64,000 nt of DNA, taken from contig NW_027362768.1 of the NCBI RefSeq assembly GCF_046119375.1, positions 56,606,001 to 56,670,000 on the forward strand, given 5' to 3'. Made by a program: the position numbers and the translations under genes. Positions 12,145 through 25,600 of this stretch are shown one piece after another; position 1 is the first letter of the stretch; every line of letters starts with the position of its first letter. Below the pieces are notes generated by a model. The model was not told the DNA's origin, did no database searches, and worked only from the letters and a program-made list of their open reading frames with translations. Source of the DNA: Phyllobates terribilis (taxonomy: Eukaryota).

Positions 12145-15100
12145 TTATTCAAAGAATGGGCAAAGCTCTACCTCAGTGTAGATGGTATCCTGTATCATAA
12201 AAGAGGACAAAACCAACAGTTGGTACTACCCAGAGTATTCCATAGGTTGGGCATCAAAGAACTCCATGAAAACATGGGACACCTCGGAATGGAAAGGACA
12301 ACGAACCTTGTTCGTGAACGTTTCTTCTGGCCATACATTCAAAGAGATATTGAGAGGCATGTGACCAGAGAGTGTGGATGTCTGAAAGATAAACGTCCCA
12401 ACACATAAACCCGAGCACTTATGGGCAACATCCACACTACCTACCCATTTGAGATGGTCTCAATAGACTTTCTACATCTCGAGACATGCAAGGACGGTTA
12501 CAAATAACCGTGGTGATGGACCATTTTACTTGATTTGCTCAATCATATGCCACCACCAATAAATCTGGCAAAACAGAGGCAGAAAAGATCTTCAATGATT
12601 TCGCTCTGAAGTTTGGGTTCCCTATGAGGTTACACCATGACCAGGGAAGAGAATTTGAGAACCAGCTTTTTCCAAGTTATGGAAATACTGTTGAATTCAG
12701 AGATCCCACACAACACCCTGTCATCCCAAAGGTAATGGATAAGTGAAACGTTTCAACCGAACGTTACTGTCGATGTTGCGCACTTTGACAGCTGACGAGA
12801 AGAAAGACTGGAAGAGTTCTTTGTCAAAAGTGGTGCATGCGAGGCAATGGGTTATTCACCATTCTTCCTATTGTATGGACGATCGCCAAGAATGCCAATC
12901 GACATAATGTTCAATCTTCTGGTGTCAGAGACTTACAAGATGTATCCTGAGTATGTTTGGAAATGGAAAGAATGGATGACAGAGGCATACAACGTAGAGT
13001 CCAAAGTGGTCACGGAAGGGCAAATCAAGAGTAAGGAACACTATGATCGAAAATGTTATGGAGCGGAATGGACGCCGGGAAGTCGGGTGCTAGTCAAGAA
13101 CGTACGTGAAAAAGGTAGTCCAGGAAAACTTTGTTCGTACTGGGAAGACAAAGTGTTTGTGGTCATAAACAGGAAATCTGATGACAGTCCAGTTTATGAA
13201 ATTAAGATTGGAAATGGGAGACAAGAAAACAAGAATAGTCCATCAGGATTTACTAATACCATGTGATTATCTCCCACTACAACAAGACTTCACAAAAGTA
13301 GATCAACACTGACCAAGATCGACTAAGGGACTACCACAGACTAAAGCTCCGGAGGTGGATAGTGAACTTGAGAGTTCCGATGAAGAAGATCAGACTGTTG
13401 TACTTCTCAGACTGGCAAGGAGAGCAATGTAACATCCTCATGAAAATGAACTAAGCCCCGAAGCTCCAGAGTTTGTACCAAGGAATACAGATGGAGTCCA
13501 ATTAAGATCTGACGATCGAACACCGGTCGCTGAAGAGACCGATCAAAACTTAGGAGTAGCGGAATTAGCAGACTGTGAGGAAATGGATGTTTTAACAGAA
13601 GGAAAGGAACTTGCAGAGGCAGTTCCAAGGTCATCGGAGGAAGTACTGGAATTGAGTTTGGGGGAAGAAACTCCTGTGACCAAAGAATCCTTAGTATCTG
13701 AGGAACAACCCAGCAGGAGGGTTTCAACTCAGGAAGTGAGGAGGCCAGTGATGTTATGATACACTTGGTGAAACGAGTAAAGTGCCAAGGACTGTCATTT
13801 GGAAACAGGTATCCCTGCCTATGGACCAGGTAAGCAAACCTGAGTGGTATTCAGCACCGAGAGGCCATACGGAAGATGTTACCTGAGTGAAAAGATATTT
13901 TTGCTTGGACTTTAATTAAAAGACTTTGTTGAAACAAAGAACTGTTAATGCTTAGTGACAGGGAGCTGGTTGAAGACGAGTGAAAAGTTCCAGCTGAAAA
14001 GATGCTGATTGTTTTCATTGTTTATTTCTTACAGGAGTCCTACAAGCAAAAGGTCATAAGAATAGGTTGGTTTTAATGTTTGTAAATGTTATGCCAAATT
14101 GACAATGCCGAATTTGTATATAAAGTTACAGGGCTCTCACCAATGCTATGTCTCAAAAAGGGGAAAATAGCACAAGGAATTGATCAGATCAACCTATTAA
14201 GACGAATGTCGAGGATGCCATTCAATTAGTAGAGAAGAGTGTGACAGGCAGAAGTTGTGCTGGTGTTTTCCAAAACATCCAGAAACTAGTGAGGAGTGAG
14301 GTTAACACAGCCACAGGAGACAGGGAGTGGTTAGCACAGCCCCAGGGGGATTGTGGAGAAGTTGTTTTTGTTCTGGGAGCAGCCAGAAGGAACAGTTGTG
14401 CGATTGCTGAGTCTCACAGAAAACTAAGGCTAGTGAAGATAACAAGTATAAATTAGAGGGAGAAGTTGGCTAAAGTCAGAAACTCTCTACTGATAGCTAG
14501 GGGTCAGATCTATTGCATGAAGATAAGAGAGTGGGAGAATGTCACACAGGACTCATTCCCCTCACCAAATCCTCCTCCTCCACCTCACTGCAGGATAAAG
14601 GAATAGAGATATGCTGTGTAAACACTGTGACTCTGTGAAGAGAACTGATTATTGAAGAGACTATCCTAATTGTACTGGAAGCTTGTTGCTGAAAATACTG
14701 CTTTTGTGTGCTGGACTTAAACTTGAATGAAACAACTGTGGTCAACTGTTATCTGGAACTCTGTCATTGCTGTGTGTTCCTTAAAGCTGATCTATTCCAT
14801 GACTGTGGAAGCTATAATCAATGGTCTCCCAGAGTAACATGACCCCCAGGATTTCAAAGAATTCATGTTAATTAGAATAGCCTCTTTATACCTAGTGACG
14901 TACATGCAACTTAAGACCACATTGTGATTTTGGGAATAACTCTTTAATTATATGAATGATTTGTTGCTTTACAGCTTTGACTTTATTTTTTATGTTATAG
15001 TTGTCAGAATTTAACCAATTCCTGACAACAGTCACATATGTACAGCAGAAAGGGAACTTATTGAGCATGCTTAGGAGTTGAGCACACGGTATTTGAAGCT

Positions 15101-15602
15101 AATACGAGCTGCATATCAAAGATAACTCCACTCCTGGCTGTTTTAACCACTTTGATATTGCGACCAACAACAAACACTATTGATTTAGGTGTCTCTCTCT
15201 GTCCCCCATTGTTCCAACTGAAATGCATTTATGGGCTTCTGATGGATTGTCGTGGTAGCCTGGGGTACCTCAAGTGTGTTGTGATGTATTCTACATGGGA
15301 TTGCATAGTCATATCAAATTTTAAAAATAGTTTTAGAAAATATTAAAAAATAATACAAAACATTATTACATGTGCACAAAAAATGTAAAATACAATGTAT
15401 GGTGCATTAAATAGTGACATTAAAACTTCAAATTGTCCCACAAAAGCCTAACACTCATGTGACTATATAAATGGAAAAATAAAGTTATGGCTTTTGGAGT
15501 GCAGGTATAAAAACAGAGCCATCACAGTCAAAAAAGGCTATGTCCGGATGGAGTAAAACACCCAAGAGTTCACTACTATACTATACTACTAGATGGCACT
15601 TA

Positions 15603-16007
15603 AAGAGAACTCATCACCATGAAAATGCAGACCATTCTGCAGGCACCATGTTATAGAGCAGGGGTAGCTGAGTAGAGTGATATATCGTTTTGTGAGAAAA
15701 TATTCAATATAACCTGTGTTCTCTTCAATTAATCCTCTGCTCTTTCTGGGATCTTCGGTCCAGTAGGTGGTCCTATCAGTGACTGACACCTTTCTTTGTA
15801 TAAGAGTACATACAGAGATAGCTGTCAGTCACTGATAGGATCCCCCGGTGGACCAAAAGTCCCAGAAAAAGCAGCGGATTAAATTTTTAAAAGTAAGGGT
15901 TATACTGAATCTTTTCTTACAAAACTATGTATCAATCTGCTCAGCTCCCCTGCTCTTTATCATGGTGCCTAGAAATTGGACTGCATATTCATGGTGATAG
16001 GTTCCCT
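15603..16007. mobile_element. TTAA-targeted MITE (T2/Kolobok-like)
   Basis: TTAA|AGAGAACTCATCACCATGAA ... TTCATGGTGATAGGTTCCCT|TTAA with long imperfect inverted arms. Confidence 0.75.
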
Positions 16008-16066
16008 TTAAAGATGTTGGATTCATACAGATTACTTTGAGTTTATCTTGATATTTTTACTTGCAG

Positions 16067-16201
16067 ACATTGATGAGTGTACATTGGAAGATGCTGCCTG
16101 TCATAAAAATGAAGAGTGCAGAAACACAATTGGTTCATATGCATGTTTTCTGAATTGTGGAGCTGGATTCAGAGCTTCTACTACTGGCCAAGACTGTAAA
16201 G
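16067..16201 (+). CDS. hmcn1: Hemicentin-1 exon, calcium-binding EGF domain
   Basis: TTGCAG|...|GTAAAG, 135 bp, phase 1-1; (D)IDECTLEDAACHKNEECRNTIGSYACFLNCGAGFRASTTGQDCK resembles HMCN1 DIDECALGRHTC...NTIGSYRC. Confidence 0.85.
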
Positions 16202-17211
16202 GTAAAGTATAGGTAACAACAATTACTAACTGCTTCCAGACCACTCTTTAGACTTTAAACATTTGGGCAGTCTACATATTACTCTGCAATGAGGTTCAAT
16301 AACGTCATTGTATAGTAAGTAGCTGCATGAGATCGTATAGCTGCAGTAGCAGGGGGGCGGATGTCAGACAAAGCAGGATTTCCAAGAGAGAAGAAAGAGA
16401 TGGTATATTATCCTCTCTGCCTACCTGATTGCTAAGAGGGGGAGGGTTTGAGTAGAAGCTGCTGAGTCCCAACAGACCAAGATTAGCTCTGCAATGCAGA
16501 ATTTACTCTAAAACTGGGGCTAATAGGCCAGCCCCAGTTACAGGAGAAATCTGATACATATAAAAAAATAAGTGTTTGAATGCCCTCCAAAGGAATTTAA
16601 TGACCTTGTTGGGGGCACAATGTATTAATTGGATGAAAAAATAAGTACAGACAAAAGAAGAAAATAGCATAAAAAAGAGCGCCAACCAGTTCGAATCGTT
16701 GGGAAAAAAATCCACGTCTGATACGGTATATAAAAATAATTGTAATGGGGAACACAATTTAGTTGTTTTTTTTTTGTTTTCATTAAGAATGTAAAAAAAA
16801 AAGTGAAAAATAGAGTCACAAGTTTCACGCAAAAAAGAGGCAAAAGTTATTTAGATAACTTTTAGAGCTCTTAAAATCGTATGTATGAAAAATCCTGAAA
16901 ATATGCCTGGTCATGAACAGGGAAAAATTTCCCAATCTTGAAATTAATTAATAGTTAAAGAATGACAATTTTCTAATTTACTAAATTGTTTAAACGGTTT
17001 TCAAAGGTTAACTTGTAATTCTAATAGTAAAAGTACACTTCACTTTTCCCACTAATTATAATACAACAATTGTATCCCAAAACAGAAGTTACCAAGAGTT
17101 GGACAATGCCAGTGAAGGATTCCTGTGCAGAACTTGTTTCTGGGCCCCCTCGGTCATACTACCCATTTATACACAGCCACACTTCATACATATTCAAATT
17201 AGACACACATA

Positions 17212-17690
17212 CAGTACAGACCAAAAGTTTTGACACACCTTCTCATTTAAAGATTTTTCTGTATTTTCATGACTTTGAAAATTGTACATTCACACTGAAA
17301 ACATCAAAACTATGAATTAACACATGTGGAATTATATACTTAACAAAAAAGTGTGAAACAACTGAAATTATGTCTTATATTATAGGTTCTCTTGATGAGC
17401 TTCAAGAGGTAGTCACCGGAAATGGTCTTCCAACAATCTTGAAGGAGTTCCCAGAGATGCTTAGCACTTGTTGGCCCTTTTGCCTTCACTCTGTGGTCCA
17501 GCTCAACCCAAACCATCTCGATTGGGTTCAGGTCTGGTGACTGTGGAGGCCAGTTTATCTGGCGTAGCACCCCATCACTCTCCTTCTTGGTCCATTAGCC
17601 CTTAAACAGCCTGGAGGTGTGTTTGGGGTCATTGTCCTGTTGAAAAATAAATGATGGTCCAACTAAACTCAAACTGAATGACTCATTGGC
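17212..17690 (-). mobile_element. Tc1 fragment (long TIR + transposase C-terminus)
   Basis: TA|CAGTACAGACCAAAAG terminus; WPPQSPDLNPIE motif on the minus strand. Confidence 0.85.
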
Positions 17691-18068
17691 AAACGTGGGA
17701 AAATACTCACTGCGCATGCGGTGACCTGATTTGCCGGCTATACACTGAGTCAGTGTATTGCCGGCAAATGAACAAAGCAGTCACATACTATGTGGCTGCT
17801 CTGTTCATGGAATCTTCGTGGGAGACTCATTATTTGGAAGTCGGAAAGGTAAGGATGAGTGTGATGGTAAGTATGGTTTAATTTAGAATATTAAAGGAAT
17901 ACTGTCCTTATTTCAAATAAAATATTTTATTCTGAGTGTGGGTGTTTTATTTCACATTTTACTTACACTATGGGGTTGGTAATGGGGGCGTCTTATAGAC
18001 GCCTCTCCATTACTAACCTGGGCTTGATGTCAGCTGGCATTATAAGCTGACATCAACTCCAACCCTAT
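17684..18068. repeat. Left arm of a long inverted repeat (partner 27781-28198)
   Basis: Reverse complement of 27781-28198; part of it recurs inside the hAT MITE at about 54880-54980. Confidence 0.8.
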
Positions 18069-18236
18069 TGTCACGGCTCCACCCCTCACTGTGTCTGGTA
18101 TGCAGTTACTGACAGCTCAGCCGTCCAATCTTGTACAGGGGCGTGCTGGAGCTGTCAGTACTGTGATTGACCGCTCAACCATCCATTATGGTACAGGGGC
18201 GTGCAATAGCTGTCAGTGTGGTGATTGACAGCTCGG

Positions 18237-18935
18237 CATTCACACTGAAGACATCAAAACTGTGAATTAACACATGTAGAATTATATACTTAACAAAAAA
18301 GTTTGAAACAACTGAAAATATGTCTTATATTCTAGGTTCTTCAAAGTAGCCACCTTTTACTTTGATGACTGCTTTGCACACTCTTGGCATTCTCTTGATG
18401 AGCTTCAAGAGGTAGTCACCGGAAATGGTTTTCACTTCACAGGTGTGCCCTGTCAGGTTTAATAAGTGGGATTTCTTGCCTTATAAATGGGGTTGGGACC
18501 ATCAGTTGTGTTGTGCAGAAGTCAGGTGGATACACAGCTGTTAGTCCTACTGAATAGACTGTTAAAATTTGTATTATGGCAAGAAAAAAGCAGCTAAGTA
18601 AAGAAAAATGAGTGGCCATCATTACTTTAAGAAATGAAGGTCAGTCAGTCCGAAAAATTGGGCAAACTTTGAATGTGTCCCCAAGTGCAGTTGCAAAAAC
18701 CATCAAGTGCTACAAAGAAACTGGCTCACATGAGGACCACCCCAGGAAAGGAAGACCAAGAGTCACCTCTGCTTCTGACCATAAGTTTATCCGAGTCACC
18801 AGCCTCAGAAATCGCAGGTTAACAGCAGCTCAGATTAGAGACCAGGTCAATGCCACACAGAGTTCTAGCAGCAGACACATCTCTACAACAACTGTTAGGA
18901 GAAGACTTTGTGCAGCAGGCCTTCTCAAACAAGGT
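18237..18935 (+). mobile_element. Tc1 fragment (TIR part + transposase N-terminus), same family as 17212 and 58426
   Basis: MARKKQLSKE...HTH and GRPRVTS; near-identical to 58500-59170. Confidence 0.85.
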
Positions 18936-19104
18936 CCACAATCTTGGACCGAAACGTTGCTACAGCCACATGGGCTATTAAAAGATAATTTTTCATCATT
19001 TGTTTGTGTGCTGCCTCCAATCTTTTTGTGGATATTCATAGGACTGGTGTGTACCTGGGTGGCTTTGCACCTTTTTTCATTTTTGTGCTGCTTTTGATCT
19101 TTTC

Positions 19105-19420
19105 TTTTTAGATATATGGATATATAGATATATTGATAGATAATAGATATATGGATAGATAAATAGATGAATAGATTTATGGATGCATAGATAGATAATA
19201 GATATATGGATATATAAATAGATATATGGATAGATAAATAGATGTATAGATAGATAATAGGTATATATATAGATGTATAGATATATTGATAGATAATATA
19301 TATATGGATAGATAAATAAATAATAGATATATGGATAGATAGATAGATAGATATATGAATAGATAGATAGATATATGGATAAATATATAGGTAGCTAGAT
19401 ATATAGATAATAGATAGATA
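19105..19420. repeat. Degenerate (TAGA/GATA)n microsatellite
   Basis: Visible TAGATA/ATAG repeats; the tract resumes at 27268 after the Tc1 insertion. Confidence 0.85.
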
Positions 19421-19681
19421 CAGTTATGCTCAAAATTTTACATACCCCGGCAGAATTTTTCCTTTCTTGGTCTTGTTTCAGAGAATATGAATGATAACAA
19501 AAAAACTTTTTCTCCACTCATAGTTATTGGTTGAGTGAAGCCATTTATTGTCAGCCAAAAACATCCAAATGACCCTGATCAAAAGTTCACATACCCTGGT
19601 GATTTTGGCCTGATAATATGCTCAGAATTTGACACAAATGGGTTTGAATGGCTACTAAAGGTAACATCCTCACCTGTGACC

Positions 19682-22600
19682 TGTGTTACGGGGCTGGGTG
19701 GTGAAACCTCTGTGCTTCGGTGCAAGGAGGGACCAAAGGAGCGTGACTAAGTGCCTACTCGGCCTCACCCAGGTCACACGGTGGCTTAGTCGACTACGTG
19801 AACCAGGGAAGGACCGGGCAGGTGAACCAGGTGCCACTCTGGGACCTACCTTGTGTGAGAGCAGGTGACTCCCACGGGTCAGATGACAGGAACTGACCGG
19901 TACAGCGGATGAGCACGGCAGGAAGGCAGACAGGTGGTCCGGGTAGATCAGCAGGCAGATACGGCAGATAGTCAGACAGGTACTCCGGGTAGGCAAGCAG
20001 GCGGGTACGGCGGATAGCCAGACAGGTGGCCCGGGTAGACAGGCTGGCGGGCACAGCAGGTAACTGGCAGGTGCTCCAGGCAGGCTGGCGGGCACGACAG
20101 GTAACTGGCAGATGCTCCAGGAAGGCAAGTTGGCGGGCACGACAGGTAACTTGCAGACTGGCGGGCAGAACTATTAGACAGACTGGCAGGCTAGATTGTT
20201 AGACGGACTGTTGGGCTGGACTGTTAGACACACTGGCGGGCAGGACTGACTGGCAGCGGGACCTGAGGGCTGAAGCAAGTGTTAGCACATGGAACAACAG
20301 CTTTGCACAGGCACCTCCATTTTGGAGGAGGTACCTTATTTAGGAGAAGTCCTCCGGCCATTGGCCGGGGACTCTTTAGGACGGCACGCCTGGCCCCTTT
20401 AAGAGGGAGGGAGCGCGCGCGCCCTAAGCACAGTGCCCGGGAAGCTGCTCGTGGTGTGCACCACAGCAGCAGGGGAGCCGGAAGACGCAGGACCAGGACC
20501 GCGGCGGTGAGGGGAACGGCGTCTCTGCCCGGCAGGAGGCAGAGACGCCGATGCTACAGTACCCCCCCTTTACGCCCCCTCTTCTTTAGGCCCGCGAGAA
20601 ATTCTTTAAGAAGATGAGGGGCATGAATGTTCTCCCTGTGTTCCCAAGACCTCTCCTCCGGGCCAAACCCCTTCCAACCACAAGAAAGAAAGTCTTTCTT
20701 CTTACCCTCTTGGTGGCCAAAATGTTTTCTACCTCAAAGACGTCCTCAGCGGAGACTGGATCTGGAGTGGTACCTGGATCATCAGAGAAGGAATTAAGGA
20801 CAACTGGTTTGAGGAGGGATACATGAAAGGAGGTGGGAATCCGTAAGGTGACCGGGAGTATCAGCTTGTAAGCCACGGGATTGATTTGGTTCAGAACCTA
20901 GAGCAGACCGATGAACCGCGGACCCAACTTATAAGAAGGTATCTTGAGATGGACATATTTGGAGGAAAGCCAGACCTTGTCTCCCGGATGGAATTGAGGC
21001 GGATTCAAACGTCTCTTATTATTATTTATTATTATAGCGCCATTTATTCCATGGCGCTTTACATATGATAGGGATATACATAGCAAAAACATTTACATAA
21101 ACTTAACAAAACGAGTCAGCGACTGGTACAGGAGGAGAGAGGACCCTGCCCGCGAGGGCTCACAGTCTACAAGGGATGGGTGAGGATACAGTAGGTGGGG
21201 GTAGAGGAGGCCATGCAGTAATGTGGTGGGGCGGTGGTTACTACAGGTTGTAGGCTTGTCGGAAGAGGTAGGTTTTCAGGTTTCTATTGAAGGCTTCCAC
21301 GGTAGGCGAGAGTCTGATGTGTTGGGGTAGAGAGTTCCAGAGTAGGGGGGATGTGCGGGAGAAATCTTGTATGCAAGTGTGGGAAGAGGAGATAAGAGGG
21401 GAGTAGAGAAGGAGATCCTATAAGGATCGGAAGTTGCGTTCAGGTAAGTACCGGTATAGTCTTATCAGCATGTCTCTTCATCTGCTCGGAAGACTGAAGA
21501 AGTGCAGATCTAGTGTCTTCCCAAATAGCCGAAAATTCGTTGAAAAGAGACTCCGCGGCAGAATTGTCCACCAAAGAGGAGACGGGAAACAGAATCCGTG
21601 GGTTTCGACCGTAGACCACAAAAAATGGGGATTTAGTAGAAGACTCGCTCTCATGGTTGTTATAGGTGAACTCGGCCCAGGGGAGGAGCTCAACCCAATC
21701 ATTATGGTGAGCGTGGACAAAGTGCCGAAGAAAGCTGGTAAGGATCTGGTTGATACGTTCTACTTGACCATTGGACTCAGGATGATAAGCAGAAGAGAAA
21801 TCCAAAGAGACATCCAGCAGCTTGCACGTAGCTCTCCAGAAGCGTGAAGTGAACTGAACTCCGCGATCAGACACAATGTGGAGGGGTAGGCCGTGAAGAC
21901 GGAAGATGTGGTGGATGAAGTCCTTAGCCAGTACAGATGCAGACGGAAGACCAGGTAGAGGGATGAAGTGGGCCATCTTAGAAAAGCGGTCAGCGACCAC
22001 CCAAATGACAGTGCAACCGGCAGAAACAGGGAAATCCGTGATGAAGTCCATTTCAATGTGTAGGCTCAGGAAGAGGAAGTAGACGGCCGGATGGAAGGTG
22101 CCTGGGAACCTTATTACGAGCACAAGAGGAACAAGCCATGACAAAGTCTGCTACATCCTTGCGCAGTGAAGGCCACCAGTAATGTCGGGTGACGAGCAGA
22201 AAGGTCTTCCTCTGGCCAGCATGACCATCTAGTTTGGATGAATGGCCCCAGAGTAGAACCTTCTTTCGATCCGGAACCGCTACAAAGGTCTTACCGGGTG
22301 GAAGATGAGACAGGTCAAACGCAGCAACAGTCATTACTTTGGAGGGGTCAATGATATGTAGAGGCTCCTTCTCTTGGTCGGAAGACAGGAATGAGCGGGA
22401 TAAAGCGTCAGCTTTAATGTTATTGTCTGGCGGTAATGCAGAGTGAAGCAGAATCGGGCAAAGAATAGAGACCACCTGGCCTGACGCGAATTTAGTCTTT
22501 GGGCATTCTGCAAATAAGCGAGGTTTTTGTGGTCAGTGTAGATGACCACCAGGTGCAGAGCCCCCTCCAGCAAGTAGCGCCACTTCTCCAGCGCTAATTT

Positions 22601-25600
22601 GATGGCCAGCAGCTCACGATCTCCTATGGAATAGTTGAACTCGGACGAGGAGAAGAGCTTGGAGAAGAAGCCGCAGGTTACCGTTCTCCCGGACGAGGAT
22701 TTTTGGGTGAGCACCGCTCCGACTCCGGAGGAGGATGCATCAACCTCCAGGAAGAACTGCTTGTTGCAATCCGGACAGTGCAGAACAGGAGCAGAGGAGA
22801 AGGCTTGTTTAAGGGAGACGAAGGCCTTCTCCGCTTCGGAATTCCATTCCCTGGGATTTGCTCCTTTACGGGTGAGCGCGGAGATGGGAGCAGTCCGGGA
22901 GGATAAATGAGGAATGAAGAGCTGGTAATAGTTTCTGAAGACCAGGAATCACTGAATCGCCTTCAACACCTCCAGTTGGGGCCACTTTAAGACGGCAGAC
23001 ACCTTCTCGGGATCCATCCGCAGACCAGTCTCAGAGATAATATAGCCCAGAAACGGCAGAGAGGTCTGCTCAGAGACATTTCTCGAATTTAGCGTATAGG
23101 CGATTCTTCCGGAGCTTTAGCAGAACCTGATGAACATCCCTCTGGTGTGAGGGCAGATCCAGAGAGAAAACCAAGATATCTTCCAGGTAGACCACTACGC
23201 AAGAATACAGGAGATCACGGAAGATGTCATTAACCAGCTCCTGGAAGACGGCTGTAGCATTACAGAGACCAAAGGGCTTCACGCGGTATTCGTAGTGACC
23301 GTCCCTGGTGTTGAATGCCATCTTCCACTCGTCTCCCTGGCAGATCCGGACCAAATTGTACACCCCACGAAGATCGAGCTTGGTGAAGATCTTCGCGCCT
23401 TTAAGACGGTCAAACAGCTCCAAGATGAGAGGCAGGGGTAATCTGGGTAAAGCCCCTGTAATCAATACAGGGACATAGAGAGCTGTCTTTCTTCTTGACG
23501 AAGAAGAATCCTGCTCCAGCTGGAGAGGTGGATTTCTGGATAAACCCCCTGGCAAGATTCTCTTCTCTCTACTCCAACATCTCAGCCAGCGACAAGGGGT
23601 AGATTTGCCCGTGGGGAGGAGAAGCACCAGATACCAGGTCAATGGGGCAATCGTACGGCCTATGAGGTGGTAGTGTCTCTGCTTTCTTTTTGTCAAAGAC
23701 GTCCGCCTAGGACCAGTAGGGTGCCGGCAGACCAGGTAGATTAGCCGGAGTAGACGGGGGTCGAGCAGGACGAACCGGAACCAGACAGGACTCATGGCCT
23801 TCCTGACCCCAACGGAGCACTTCACTAGATCTCCAATTCAGGGCAGGCTCATGTCTTTGTAACCAGGGTAGACCAAGCAAGAGAGGGTGAGAGAGACCAG
23901 ACAGCACATGAAAGGAGATCTACTCTGAGTGCAGCATTCCCACCTGAAGGGTAACAGGGTCAGTGATGAGCCAGATGGTTTCCGGAAGAAGCCTCCACCA
24001 ACGGTTTAGCCAGATGTATGGTAGGAATCTGATACCGCTCCACAACAGCCTGTTGAATGAGATTCCCAGCGGCTCCGGAATCCAGATGGGCAGTCTCGAA
24101 GAAGCGGGTCTCACCACTGGAAATAGAAACAGACAGAGTCAAGGACAGAGAGGATTTACTCTTGCCTTGAACGACCTCTCCGAGCGGTCCTAGACACTGG
24201 AGTTTCCCGGCCTCACTGGGCAGGAATGGATCAGATGCTCTATACTGCCACAGTAGAAGCAACTCCCCTCGGCTCGGCGCATCTCCAGGCGAGGCTTGAC
24301 CATCTTGGTTTGGTCAATTTGCATTGGCTCAGGCAAATATGCCCGGGGAATTGCTGGTTGCGAGGCTGGCCTTTGTAATGTAGGAGCGAGACATGGAAAT
24401 CTTCTCTCCCGGGTAGTCTCCTTAGTACGTTCCAGAAAATGGATGTCAATCCGGGTAGCTAATGACACCAGATCGTCGAGGGTAGAAGGGATGTCACGAC
24501 CGGCTAGCTCATCCTTGATCCGTCCGGAAAGACCCTCCCAAAAGGCGGACACCAGGGCCTCATTGTTCCAGGCAAGTTCATATGCGAGGGTTCGGAAATG
24601 TATGGCATACTGGCCCACAGTGAGACTCCCTTGGCGGGGACGGAGAAGTGAGCAGTAGAAGATTTTCATCCGGGCTCATTGAAGACTTTCCGGAAGGCAG
24701 AAGATTGGACACCAGGGGATCCCCTCTTTCTCACAGAGGGTTTAGCCATGCCAATGCCTCCCCGGTGAGGTGAGACATGATGAACGCCACCTTGGCCCAG
24801 TCGGAGGTGAACTGGTGAGCCAGAAGTTCAAAGTGCAGCATGCACTGATTTATGAAGCCCCCACATAAGACAGGCTCACCACCAAAATGTGGAGGCGCAG
24901 AGAGCCGGGTGCCACAGCGCCACTGGGTTGAGGTGCCGCCGGAGCGGGTGCCGCTCGGCTAGAGACGGACACTGACGGGGTGGACAGCGTGTCCAGGCGG
25001 GAGTTGGCAGTCCACAGATAGGACAGGATTGTTTCCTGTTGGGATCTCTGACGTGAGACCTCCTGGTACAGGTCAGAGAGCGAAGGAGCCTGGGGGCCAT
25101 TGGGTTCCATGGCCTGTGCAAACTGTTACGGGCCGGGTGGTGGAACCTCTGTGCTTCGGTGCAAGGAGGGACCAGAGGGGCGTGACTAAGTGCCTACTTG
25201 GCCTGACCCAGGTCACACAGCAGCTTAGTTGACTCCGTGAACCAGGGAGAGACCGGGCAGGTGAACAGGTGCCACTCTGGGACCGGCCTTGTGTGAGAGC
25301 AGGTGACTCCCAAGGGTCAGATGACAGGAACTGACCGGTAAAGCGGATGAGCACGGCAGGAAGGCAGACGGGTGGTCCGGGTAGATCAGCAGGCAGGTGC
25401 GGCAGATAGTCAGACAGGTACTCCGGGTAGGCAAGCAGGCGGGTATGGCGGATAGCGAGACAGGTGCTCCAGGTAGGCAGGCTGGCGGGCACAGCAGGTA
25501 ACTGGCAGGTGCTCCAGGTAGGCAGGCTGGCGGGCATGACAGGTAACTGGCAGGTGCTCCAGGTTGGCAGGTTGGCGGGCACGGCAGGTAACTGGCAGGT

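Larger units (their letters stand above)
8545..14910 (+). mobile_element. Degenerate Gypsy LTR retrotransposon (partial 5' LTR, gag, integrase; PR/RT/RH deleted; 3' LTR 14240-14910)
   Basis: LTR 3' end shared between 8545-8675 and about 14785-14910; PBS at 8677; gag-like ORFs 9940-11194; integrase zinc-binding and core remnants at 12148-13266 (HENMGHLGMERT...FFWP; YSPFFLLYGRSPR); PPT AGAGAAGAG at 14231-14239. Confidence 0.8.
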
